Assembly: GCA_038134595.1 (NCBI GenBank)
Contig: JAYPVM010000003.1
Coordinates: forward strand, 106,131-170,130
Reading direction: 5' to 3'
DNA from: Pseudomonadota bacterium
GTDB lineage: Bacteria; Bdellovibrionota_C; UBA2361; OMII01
Length of the DNA stretch: 64,000 nt
Shown: positions 46,732 through 55,827 of the stretch, piece by piece
How the letters are laid out: every line of letters starts with the position of its first letter
Position numbering within the stretch: the stretch's first letter is position 1
Made by a program: the position numbers and the translations under genes
Notes under the pieces: model-generated
Databases searched by the model: none
What the model was told of the DNA's origin: nothing
What the model saw: the letters and a program-made list of their open reading frames with translations, nothing else

Positions 46732-49473
46732 TTAATGCCCACCTAATTTAATCCACGGGCCACGACCCAAATTCTTGGCCGCGGCTTTTGTGATAGTATG
46801 CCACGTTGTCGACACTTCGGGAAACTCGACCTCTGCGTCATTCGGAGATGAGAAAACCCGTTGTACCCGAAAAGTGGCGTGACCCGATCCGCTTCGATAT
46901 CGATAGAGTCTATCAGCACTAAAGAAACGTTTCGTTAAGAGAGAGCTATTTTTGGGGACGATCAGTCCGACCCTTTTGCCTAAAGCTGACACAGGGAAGG
47001 GAAGGGAGACCCTCCCCTGCACTTGAGTTTGCTCTAGGACAATAAATTGAGCACCTAAGACTTGTGTGGGTGCTTCAGGGACGGACTTTAGCGAGGCCCG
47101 GACCTCATTAGAGCCGTAGGACAGGGGGGATTTCTCGATATCTATTGGAGCTCGGTGAGAGGTTTTATTTAGATCAAGGATTCCTGTTCCAGAGCCATCT
47201 AAGATGATAGTTGTGTTTTCCTTGGCAGGTATATGGGGATCAATCCCACTCCTAGCTGCCTTGGACGAAGGCAATATTGTGCCTGGTTTAGGTCCATCGT
47301 AGTTTTGTGTCTCTGCAACTTCATTTATCCTGTCATTTAGGAGAGTTTTGTCCCGTCGCGGAAGAACGTTATACCCAGCGATCACGTCTCGCATTTTATC
47401 GGTGCTCTCAATAGTTGAATCCCGTGCGTCGAATTGATCTTTTATTATTCTTGGAGTTAGAAAGATTAATAAGTTTTTCTGAGCTCTGGCTCTGGAGTTA
47501 CTCTTAAATGCATGACCTAAGACGGGTATGTCTTTTAAATACGGGACGCCTTCGTCTGTTTCTGACACGTCGTCCGCTATCAGTCCTCCCGTAACTATCA
47601 TCTGACCGTCTTTTGCGATAATCGTTGTTTCGCTCTGTCGCTTTGTGGTCGTTGGGCCCAAAGCTGAATTAACGGTCGAAAGCACAAGAGCCGATACCTC
47701 TGTATAAACCCGAAGCGTAACGTAATCTCGGGAGCTTATTTGTGGTGTAATGCGGAGAGTGATACCCACATCCTGTCGGTTAACTTGGTTGAAGGTGTTG
47801 TTGAGATTGGTGGCATTTGTTGAGGTGCTTGCCAGAAACGGGACATTCTGGCCTACAACAATTTGAGCCTCCTCGTTGTCGGTTGCCAGAATCGTTGGCG
47901 CGCTTAAAACGTTAACATTGTTGTTCTGTTGAGCGGCACTTACCAATATAGATTGAGATGGTACGGTAATGCCTCCGGGAAGACTTAGTGAGCCGGCACT
48001 CGCTGCAGCTAAGGTAAGACCTTGTAAGTTTTGGGGCTCTGAAAATAATCGAGTTAGTCCATTCTCAGTGCTGAAGTCACTGCGGGCAATCGCGCCCCCA
48101 TCTGCACCCCCTGTTGATGTTAAAAAGCTTGTGTTAGACCTAATGCGATTATCTATGGAAACTTCCAGTAGGGTCGCTTCCACCAATGCTTGTCGGCGCT
48201 TTACGTCGATTTGAGAGAGAAGGGCGCGGATTTTTTCAAAATCCGGCTTGCTCGCGGCGATTATCAAGGAGTTTGTGGCTGGATCGGCGGTGATCGATAT
48301 GTTTTCTCCTAGTTGTGTTGAAGTAGGCGAAGAGCTGTTTGTCTTTCTTGAAGTGGTATTTTGTTGTGACGAATCAGCTCGTTGGCTAGAGGAGTCAAAG
48401 ATCGAGCTTGTTGGAGATGAGGCACCGCTAGTGCCTCCTGTGCTCGCCCCGCCACCTACAAGCCCTGCAAGCACCTGGGAGAGTTCCTCTGCATTTGCAT
48501 GTTGACACCGGTAGACGTAGAACTTGTTGCCGGATAAATCGACCCTGCTATCGAGCTGAGAAACGAGTGCTCGTATACGAGCCGTCGTTTCATCGTCAGC
48601 AATGATAATAAGAGAGTTGGTCCGCTGATCTGGGATTATTTTTGGTTCTAGGCCACGTGCGGCCACGGTTTGTGAAACTAATGCCGAAGAGTTCGCATTG
48701 CTGTTCTTTGCTCGCTTTCTTGAGTCCTGAGTTCTCAGGCTCGCTCTTGTCGCTTGAGGAAGGGCTTCTGTTCCTTCGTTTGAATTGCCCATGATCTCAT
48801 TTAATTTCTGCGAAATGTCCTCAACGTCAGCGTGCTTGATAGGGATTATAGTCATCTCTCGGTTTGAGAAAGGAACGTCTAGCTGATCGATGATCCTCAT
48901 GAGGCGCTCTATATTGTCCTCGGCATCGATGATTATCAGTGAGTTGGTGCCTGTATACGCATTGATTAATCCGTCACCCGAAACAAGCTGCGAGACTATC
49001 TGCTGGACGTCTTGTGCGTTTACATATTTTAGAGAAACAAGGCGAGTGACCACCGACGAGCTTGGATTCTCAATGCGTGCTCCTGTCCGCGTCGGAATGG
49101 TTGATTGCCGCGCTTCTTTTGCAGGAACGATTTTCCACAGGTTGTCGCTTATCGGAACGGTGCTGAACCCCTTTAAAGCGAGAACTGAATCAAGTATGCG
49201 AAGAGCTTCGTCTGATGAAACTTTGCCCGGCAGGTATATAGATACTTTGCCGCGGACTTTTTCATCGAGAATATAATTTCTTTTTGTCTTGCGAGAGAAG
49301 ATCCTAACGATTGCCGCTATGTCTGCGTTTTTTACATTGATCTCTGTGGATGCATCTTTAGTAATCTCTTCTGCGCTTGATTGGGCGACGCTTTCTGTTA
49401 TCTGGCTCGTGCACAGAGTAAGAATTAGCAAGATCGACATGTATAACCTGCAAGGGGTCTTGGAATATTTCAT
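46732..49473 (-). CDS. gspD: T2SS secretin GspD with long C-terminal extension
   Basis: N0 (NADI, NYILD..VRGK), KH-like N domains (TNSLII x3), secretin core (VLSAP, DVGITLRITPQI, VPYLKDIPVLG.AF, LLIFLTPRII). Confidence 0.95.
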   Translation of the reverse strand: MKYSKTPCRLYMSILLILTLCTSQITESVAQSSAEEITKDASTEINVKNADIAAIVRIFSRKTKRNYILDEKVRGKVSIYLPGKVSSDEALRILDSVLALKGFSTVPISDNLWKIVPAKEARQSTIPTRTGARIENPSSSVVTRLVSLKYVNAQDVQQIVSQLVSGDGLINAYTGTNSLIIIDAEDNIERLMRIIDQLDVPFSNREMTIIPIKHADVEDISQKLNEIMGNSNEGTEALPQATRASLRTQDSRKRAKNSNANSSALVSQTVAARGLEPKIIPDQRTNSLIIIADDETTARIRALVSQLDSRVDLSGNKFYVYRCQHANAEELSQVLAGLVGGGASTGGTSGASSPTSSIFDSSSQRADSSQQNTTSRKTNSSSPTSTQLGENISITADPATNSLIIAASKPDFEKIRALLSQIDVKRRQALVEATLLEVSIDNRIRSNTSFLTSTGGADGGAIARSDFSTENGLTRLFSEPQNLQGLTLAAASAGSLSLPGGITVPSQSILVSAAQQNNNVNVLSAPTILATDNEEAQIVVGQNVPFLASTSTNATNLNNTFNQVNRQDVGITLRITPQISSRDYVTLRVYTEVSALVLSTVNSALGPTTTKRQSETTIIAKDGQMIVTGGLIADDVSETDEGVPYLKDIPVLGHAFKSNSRARAQKNLLIFLTPRIIKDQFDARDSTIESTDKMRDVIAGYNVLPRRDKTLLNDRINEVAETQNYDGPKPGTILPSSKAARSGIDPHIPAKENTTIILDGSGTGILDLNKTSHRAPIDIEKSPLSYGSNEVRASLKSVPEAPTQVLGAQFIVLEQTQVQGRVSLPFPVSALGKRVGLIVPKNSSLLTKRFFSADRLYRYRSGSGHATFRVQRVFSSPNDAEVEFPEVSTTWHTITKAAAKNLGRGPWIKLGGH

Positions 49474-49477
49474 AACG

Positions 49478-50395
49478 CTACCTTATAGTGTATCTAAATT
49501 CTCTATCCTTTTTCGTGCGCTCTAAAAGCAATGTGATGGACTTCTCTTCTTTAAGTTTCTCGAACAGTTTGATTGCTTGCGAGATATCTCCTAAGCTGTT
49601 TCCGTTTATGCTCTTTAAAATATCACCGTTACGTAGCCCAACTTTTTCGTAGAGGCTACCGGTCTTGATAGCGAAGAGTCGCAAGCCTATCGCCCGACCA
49701 TCTTTAAAATATGGAACCGCACGAGCCTGTGTCAGTAAAAGAGGTAGGTTTTCGAGTCCCTTATCGACGTCGGCTTCATCAATCACGAAGTCGTCTGAGT
49801 CATTTGTGGCGGCGTCGTCGCTGGCACTGCCAAGGGAATCATCGAGCATCAAAACCTCCAATTCACCGTTGTGCTCGATTTCGACCCTATCTTTGTATAT
49901 CTTCTTTAAGGTCGCTTGTTCAAAGACGGAGTCCTCCAATAGGAACATCTCTTGCTCCCGCTTTTTCTTCTCCTCGATGATGGCGTAGGGCTCCTGTCCC
50001 GTAGTGATGAAAGTACCAATCAAAGTAAGCATGAGAGGGGATGGCTTGCGTGCGGGCTCTTGCTTAGCTGAAGGTTTGCTGGCGACATCTAACTTCCCGA
50101 ACGGCTGGGCTGTAGAGAGGATGCTCCAGTCTTGAGAGCGGGTTGATCCACTGTTATCTGAAGAGGAGGACTGTAGTTTGGCGATACTAACGATTTGAGA
50201 ATCGAGCTCGGCTTGTAGTGACGACTTGAGTAGATAGTCATTAGCGAGGACTACAACAGTAATCACCACGAACAACAGCGTCAGAAAGGACAACAGAACG
50301 TGGGTGATTCTAACAACACGTGCAATGTTTTTTCGCCGCATGAAGCGCGAGAGGATGATGCTGTAGTCTAATGATTGCAGACTGTGAAGAGGCAT
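49478..50395 (-). CDS. gspC: T2SS protein GspC with PDZ domain
   Basis: TM, HR domain (L.L.GT...AIIE), PDZ (G.RL.AI..GSLY..VGL.NGDIL.SING). Confidence 0.92.
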   Translation of the reverse strand: MPLHSLQSLDYSIILSRFMRRKNIARVVRITHVLLSFLTLLFVVITVVVLANDYLLKSSLQAELDSQIVSIAKLQSSSSDNSGSTRSQDWSILSTAQPFGKLDVASKPSAKQEPARKPSPLMLTLIGTFITTGQEPYAIIEEKKKREQEMFLLEDSVFEQATLKKIYKDRVEIEHNGELEVLMLDDSLGSASDDAATNDSDDFVIDEADVDKGLENLPLLLTQARAVPYFKDGRAIGLRLFAIKTGSLYEKVGLRNGDILKSINGNSLGDISQAIKLFEKLKEEKSITLLLERTKKDREFRYTIR

Positions 50396-50711
50396 TTAGA
50401 TGGTAGCTCAAATACTTTGTTCTATTATCGAAGTAGCAATATGATACCCGGTTTGCAAGTATGGCAACAGATAACTAATTGAGAATGAACCAACAATTAT
50501 CTAGGTCGACAACGCTTTGCCGCAAATATTTAGATGAGGATAGCTTAAGTCCGGGTTGCTTGTTTTATTGTCGTTTGACTCTTGCCCCGCGGATGCGCAC
50601 TATTCAAAAAAATGGTCGCCTAAGGCCAGGGCTCTGGCTAAACTCTCAGCTCCGTTGATTGCCGGGGTGATTGTGGAGCTGCGCTATTGTAAGGTGCCAA
50701 AAGTATTAGGC

Positions 50712-51899
50712 TTATTTATTCGTGGCAATGAGTCTAGGGGGATTATCAATAGCTGTCAGAATCCATTTACCGGAATGTGCGATTTGAAGTACTCCGGCGT
50801 CGCTAAGTAGAACGTCGTTTGCTGAAAGGCAATTCCAATTCTTTTGGTCACTTGAGAGTCGAATGGAGCTAAAATGCACAGTCTCAAGATGGGGTAATAG
50901 AGTGCGAGGTCGTAGGTCGAGGTCGGACGCCTCGTTTGGTAGGTGCGTTAATTCGATAGTGATATGCGGGGCAGGCTCTGAGCCACACGTTATTCGTTGA
51001 ATTTTGGGCAGTTTTGAAGTTTCTTTCTCTGGAAATGTTACCGAGGACAGGCTCTTAGCGGAGTCAAGTTTCCGGGGTGGTAGTACATTGGAGCTGACGT
51101 TGTCAGCTAACCGTTGGGGCACCAGGGGATTAGTGGGATTGTCGCCTTTAGACTGTTCTTGACGCCACGTCTGTTGAAAAATATCCTGCCTAGCTTTAAC
51201 GGCACGCTTGTTTCCGAGGCTTTGGTAGAATTTTATTATTTCTCGATCGTATTCTTGTAGCTCCGCCACTACTTGGGCGCGCTCCTTTTGCGCAGTCATT
51301 GCAAGTGGAGAATTTGGATGTGCTTGGATAATTTCGTCGTACAATGTCAGGGCACGCTGCCAAGGGGTTCTATCTCTACCATCTGTCTTAGCGGCATGCA
51401 TGTGGCTTCGAGCAGCCTGAAGCTTGGCGTATGATGCCTCGGGCGAGGTTGGATGATTTCGGAGGAAAGAATCGTAATGCATCGAAGCGTCTGCAAACTC
51501 TCCGTTGTAATAAAATGTATCTGCGTATTTTAGTTCAGAAAACGTTGCATAGGGGCCAAGTGGGTACCGCTCCCTTAAAGAGTTAAGGGAATCTCTTGCC
51601 ACGGTATACATTGAGGCCTGATAGAGCCGTTTGGAGAGCTGAGAAAGCTCGCTTTCCGGGGCTTCGGTCGAGAGTGCAGCGCTGTCGGACCGAAGCTCTA
51701 CAGCGGGAGGCTCCGCTGCCTTGTCTGCCGCAGCGCCACATCCAAGGACGGCACCTGCAACCAAATAGCTTGTAAAGATTACGCGCGGAAGTCTACTGGC
51801 TGTTCTTGTTTTGAGCTCCTGGCGGATGAAGAGGGTGTGAGATATCTGATAGGTCATAAATACTATCGCACTCTTTAGGGCAGTGTTTAAGTTTATCAT
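50712..51899 (-). CDS. bamD: Outer membrane assembly lipoprotein BamD with C-terminal extension
   Basis: Lipobox VLG-C; RYPLGPYA..SEL.YAD.Y, F...HP.SP...YA, RD.T...AL..Y..I...PNS, IIKFY; start uncertain (51857-51899). Confidence 0.85.
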   Translation of the reverse strand: MINLNTALKSAIVFMTYQISHTLFIRQELKTRTASRLPRVIFTSYLVAGAVLGCGAAADKAAEPPAVELRSDSAALSTEAPESELSQLSKRLYQASMYTVARDSLNSLRERYPLGPYATFSELKYADTFYYNGEFADASMHYDSFLRNHPTSPEASYAKLQAARSHMHAAKTDGRDRTPWQRALTLYDEIIQAHPNSPLAMTAQKERAQVVAELQEYDREIIKFYQSLGNKRAVKARQDIFQQTWRQEQSKGDNPTNPLVPQRLADNVSSNVLPPRKLDSAKSLSSVTFPEKETSKLPKIQRITCGSEPAPHITIELTHLPNEASDLDLRPRTLLPHLETVHFSSIRLSSDQKNWNCLSANDVLLSDAGVLQIAHSGKWILTAIDNPPRLIATNK

Positions 51900-52086
51900 A
51901 GAGCCTGATTAAAAAAATATCTTTTGCCAGTACTTGCCGTGCACAGATAGTAGCGTGGATACTTCGACTGGGCAAATCAAGAAGTGCTAAGGAAGTAGAT
52001 AGCCCTAACGATTAGGTAGCACTAGGTAATTAAAGAGATAAGCGCAATAAATCTTTACTACGTGTTTTGAATAATTATGAGGTGAA

Positions 52087-52935
52087 GTGATGGAGATTTG
52101 TAGATCGAGGGAGTCGCTTAAGAGGTCGATAGCTGCAAGAAAAAGAGAGCAGCAAACCATTGGATTTGTTCCGACAATGGGCGCTCTTCACGAAGGACAT
52201 CTTAGTCTCGTCCGTTTGTCGTTGGATTCATGCGATGTAACGGTCTGCTCTATATTTGTTAATCCACGACAATTTAACGATCAGAATGACTATAGGGCAT
52301 ATGAAATTAACCTTGAGAGGGATGCCGCGCTTCTAGAGAGAGAGGGAGTTGATATCCTTTTTGCGCCAGATGTTGGAGAGATGTATCCCAGAGGATTTCA
52401 GACGGTTGTCCAAGTTGATGAGCTCTCGCGTCCATTTGAGGGGGCGAGGCGGCCGGGACATTTTACCGGTGTCACAACTGTGGTGTGTACGCTTCTAGGG
52501 CTCGTAGCGCCTGACTACGCGATCTTTGGAGAGAAGGACTTTCAACAGCTACGAATTGTGGAGCAAATGGTGGAAGACCTCGGACTTGATGTCAAAATTG
52601 TACGAGGCCCTTTGATTCGTGATGAATGCGGTCTTGCGCTTAGCTCGCGCAATGAGCGCCTCTCTGAGGGTGGGCGGCAAGAGGCTCACAAGATTTACCA
52701 AGCCTTGTGTGAGATGGTAACCGTAGCGCGTAACGGCGAGCGCTCTTGTTCCCGTATCTGTTCTGCAGGTTCTGAAATCCTGAAGACGATTATTGAGGGT
52801 CAAATAGAATACATAGCTATTGTTGATGAAGTAGCTCTAGGAGAGTTGGCGGAGATATCACAAACCGCAAGGATTCTCGTTGTAGTGCAGGTAGAAGGGG
52901 TGAGGCTCTTAGATAACATGCGTATCGAGCTATAA
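52087..52935 (+). CDS. panC: Pantoate-beta-alanine ligase
   Basis: GFVPTMGALHEGHLSL, SIFVNP.QF, RPGHFTGV, FGEKDFQQ, GLALSSRN, VRLLDN. Confidence 0.98.
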   Translation: MMEICRSRESLKRSIAARKREQQTIGFVPTMGALHEGHLSLVRLSLDSCDVTVCSIFVNPRQFNDQNDYRAYEINLERDAALLEREGVDILFAPDVGEMYPRGFQTVVQVDELSRPFEGARRPGHFTGVTTVVCTLLGLVAPDYAIFGEKDFQQLRIVEQMVEDLGLDVKIVRGPLIRDECGLALSSRNERLSEGGRQEAHKIYQALCEMVTVARNGERSCSRICSAGSEILKTIIEGQIEYIAIVDEVALGELAEISQTARILVVVQVEGVRLLDNMRIEL

Positions 52936-52975
52936 GCACATAGATACAGATCGCTTCGCCGTTGGTGATAGTATA

Positions 52976-53575
52976 CTAGCTAGCTTCAGGCGGCGTCGAC
53001 GAATCAAATTTGTGCCTTCGTTGTGCACGTGCTTTGGCTAGGTCGATAAGAGAATGAGATTGGCTAGCGCGGTTAACTAGCATCGGCTTCTTCCTAGACC
53101 TCCGTCCGCCTGGAAGGACGTGAAGACCTTCGGTAGGGCTCCTGTTGATCTGGTCCTCGTTTGCAGAGTGTCCGAGGGCTGTCATAATGCTATCGAACAG
53201 AGACTCCTCAAATTCTTGTAGCTCTCTGTCAGATGCTGATAAAAGCCTCTTGTCTCCATTTGCGATTCGGAAGATGACATGGGATAAAAACGGCACTATC
53301 TTTTGACGCTCTGACTCGGAGAGCTTGGCTAACCCATCTAAAAGAGAGGCTGTGCTTTTGCCTCCAACTCCCTCGAGAAGTGTTTGAAATTGAAGCTGCA
53401 GACTTAGTAGATTTCTCGTAAAATCTCCGCTGTTTGAATCGTTCATAGTAGATGCTTCCTTTGCTACTGTGGGGGTGTTTCCAAAGTAGTCACTAACGTT
53501 TTTGTTTATATAATCTAATATCCGCATAAGCCTCCTGTTTGCTTCAGTGTTTGAGTGTAAATCTGCAGAAAACAT
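52976..53575 (-). CDS. Hypothetical protein
   Basis: 199-aa ORF downstream of dxs, helical core and basic disordered tail. Confidence 0.7.
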   Translation of the reverse strand: MFSADLHSNTEANRRLMRILDYINKNVSDYFGNTPTVAKEASTMNDSNSGDFTRNLLSLQLQFQTLLEGVGGKSTASLLDGLAKLSESERQKIVPFLSHVIFRIANGDKRLLSASDRELQEFEESLFDSIMTALGHSANEDQINRSPTEGLHVLPGGRRSRKKPMLVNRASQSHSLIDLAKARAQRRHKFDSSTPPEAS

Positions 53576-53686
53576 ACCACCCGTAACTACTTGATAATAC
53601 AGCGCTTATATGCTTGGAGGTGTGTTTTTTAACGACAATATGTCTCGGTTTTGGACAGTCGTATTACAACCGAGCAGGTGAATAAG

Positions 53687-55606
53687 CTATGCGACTTTTG
53701 ATCGCTTGAACGACTTGCTCTGAACGAATGCCGCTATTGTTGCCGCATCGTAGCCATGGAGGTTTTGTTGCTCAGCTTGACTTCCGTGTGGAACGAATGA
53801 ATCGCCAACACCAAACAGTTTAATCGGAGCTTTCATTGACAGTCCTGCCGTTTGGACGAATTCTGATACTGCAGAGCCGAAGCCACCAGCAATCGAATGA
53901 TCTTCTATAGTGCATACAATTGAAAACTCAGGGAGCAGCTTGGAAAGCAGGGTGGTATCGAGAGGTTTGGCGAAGCGCGCGTTTACAACAGTGCACTCGA
54001 TTCCTTGTTTGTGTAGCTGCTCTGCTGCGGAGAGCGCATTTTGTACAACTGGGCCAAATCCAATGAGGAGTGCATCGGAGCCCGTTCGTACTATTTCTGC
54101 CTTTCCCTGCTCAATAACCGAGAAGGCTGAATTACATGCAACTCCCACTCCATTGCCCCGAGGGTAGCGCAGCGCTACGGGCTGTTTATAAGAAAGAGCC
54201 GAATAGACCATATCCCTTAATTCACTTTCATCCTTAGGGGACATGAGTACCATGTTGGGTATGCTCCTTAGATATGAAATGTCGAAAACACCCTGATGGG
54301 TTTCGCCATCATTTCCTACAACACCTGCCCGATCGATAGCAAAAACAACCGGGAGCTCCTGAATACATACGTCGTGTACGATTTGATCATAGGCGCGTTG
54401 TAAAAACGTCGAATAAATTGCGACCACAGGTTTGTATCCCTCACAAGCGAGACCAGCCGCATATGTTACAGCGTGTTGTTCGCAGATCCCAACGTCATTG
54501 ACTTGTTTGGGTAGTACGGCAGCCATTTTGTCGAGTCCTGTGCCACCCGGCATTGCAGCCGTTATAGCTATTATGGATGGATCTTCTTGGGCTATGTCAG
54601 TTAGCGCACTGGCAAATACCCCTGTATAGGAGGGGGCTGCCACTGTCCGTTGTTTGGCTTTTCGAAATTCTGCCTTAGATGGATCGAACGGAGTAACTCC
54701 GTGCCATTTGATTGGGTCAGCCTCTGCTGGTTGATAGCCTTTTCCTTTCGTAGTGTAGCAGTGAACAAGAACAGGACCATCTTGCCGTTTTGCATTTTGT
54801 AAAGCTGTTGTTAGTGCCGAAATGTCATGCCCATCTACCGGACCAATGTATCGAAAGCCAAAAGCTTCAAATAGCATGGCAGGTGTCGAGAAAAAGCTTT
54901 GTGTAAGCTCCTCTGCTCTGTCAACCGCTTTGTACAAGAGTTCAGGAATGTAGCCTCTGTTCCGGAGCTTTTTGACAGCGCCACGAGCCTTTGATGATGT
55001 TTCTCCCGTGAGCGTGCGGGAAAACAGCCAACTGAGAGCGCCGACGTTTTCCGATATCGACATCTCATTGTCATTGAGTATCACCACAAAATTATCAAGT
55101 CGAAGAGCGCCGGCATGGTTAAGCGCCTCGAAGGCCATGCCTGACGTTAGAGAGCCATCGCCGATGATAGGAACAACAAACTGGTCTGAATCTTTGTGCT
55201 TCAGTGCCATTTTCATTCCAACACCTGCGGATATGCTCGTCCCTGCATGGCCAGCCCCAAATGCGTCGAACTGACTTTCATCCCGCCGGAGGAATCCTGA
55301 AATCCCGTCCTTTTGGCGTATTGATCCCATGAGAGCTCGACGACCCGTGAGCATTTTGTGAATATATGCTTGGTGACCAACATCCCATATGAGGCGGTCG
55401 TGTGGTGTGTTGAAACACGCATGCAGTGCTACGGTTAGTTCATTTGCTCCGAGGCTAGATGCGAAGTGCCCGCCCGATTGGCTTACGGTATTAATAAGCT
55501 CATCCCGGAGCTCGTCTGCCACCTGCCGTAGTTCGGTAGGGGTCATTGAGCGTAGGTCATCAGGTAACTGTGAGGTATCTATGAGGCGTCTGTTCATTGG
55601 AGGCAA
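53687..55606 (-). CDS. dxs: 1-deoxy-D-xylulose-5-phosphate synthase
   Basis: GGHFASSLG, WDVGHQAY.HK, GDGSLTSGMAFEALN, LNDNEMSI, GICEQH, IYSTFLQRAYDQ, RYPRG. Confidence 0.99.
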   Translation of the reverse strand: MPPMNRRLIDTSQLPDDLRSMTPTELRQVADELRDELINTVSQSGGHFASSLGANELTVALHACFNTPHDRLIWDVGHQAYIHKMLTGRRALMGSIRQKDGISGFLRRDESQFDAFGAGHAGTSISAGVGMKMALKHKDSDQFVVPIIGDGSLTSGMAFEALNHAGALRLDNFVVILNDNEMSISENVGALSWLFSRTLTGETSSKARGAVKKLRNRGYIPELLYKAVDRAEELTQSFFSTPAMLFEAFGFRYIGPVDGHDISALTTALQNAKRQDGPVLVHCYTTKGKGYQPAEADPIKWHGVTPFDPSKAEFRKAKQRTVAAPSYTGVFASALTDIAQEDPSIIAITAAMPGGTGLDKMAAVLPKQVNDVGICEQHAVTYAAGLACEGYKPVVAIYSTFLQRAYDQIVHDVCIQELPVVFAIDRAGVVGNDGETHQGVFDISYLRSIPNMVLMSPKDESELRDMVYSALSYKQPVALRYPRGNGVGVACNSAFSVIEQGKAEIVRTGSDALLIGFGPVVQNALSAAEQLHKQGIECTVVNARFAKPLDTTLLSKLLPEFSIVCTIEDHSIAGGFGSAVSEFVQTAGLSMKAPIKLFGVGDSFVPHGSQAEQQNLHGYDAATIAAFVQSKSFKRSKVA

Positions 55607-55795
55607 GAATACATGTAGTTATAATTCCAATCAAATGGTTAAAATATAGTGGCAATTTAGGCTGTTAGGTCGCAGTCGGGGAATAGGCTATTTCTGTGTT
55701 ATCGCTTTGCGTCAGAAAAGGCCTATCAGACGTATAGCGTTGTATCGTTAGCGCATACAATGGCGGCGGTGGGTAGTGTAAAGATAATGCGCAGT

Positions 55796-55827
55796 GTTAT
55801 TTGCTATCTCGGTTATTTGCTATCTCG
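55796..55827. repeat. Perfect 16-bp tandem duplication
   Basis: GTTATTTGCTATCTCG x2 (55796-55811, 55812-55827). Confidence 0.95.

Noticed and set aside
50647..50681. Hairpin CAGCTCC/GGAGCTG downstream of bamD
   Set aside because: On the coding (minus) strand it is a 7-bp stem with a 21-nt loop and no U-tract; not a convincing terminator
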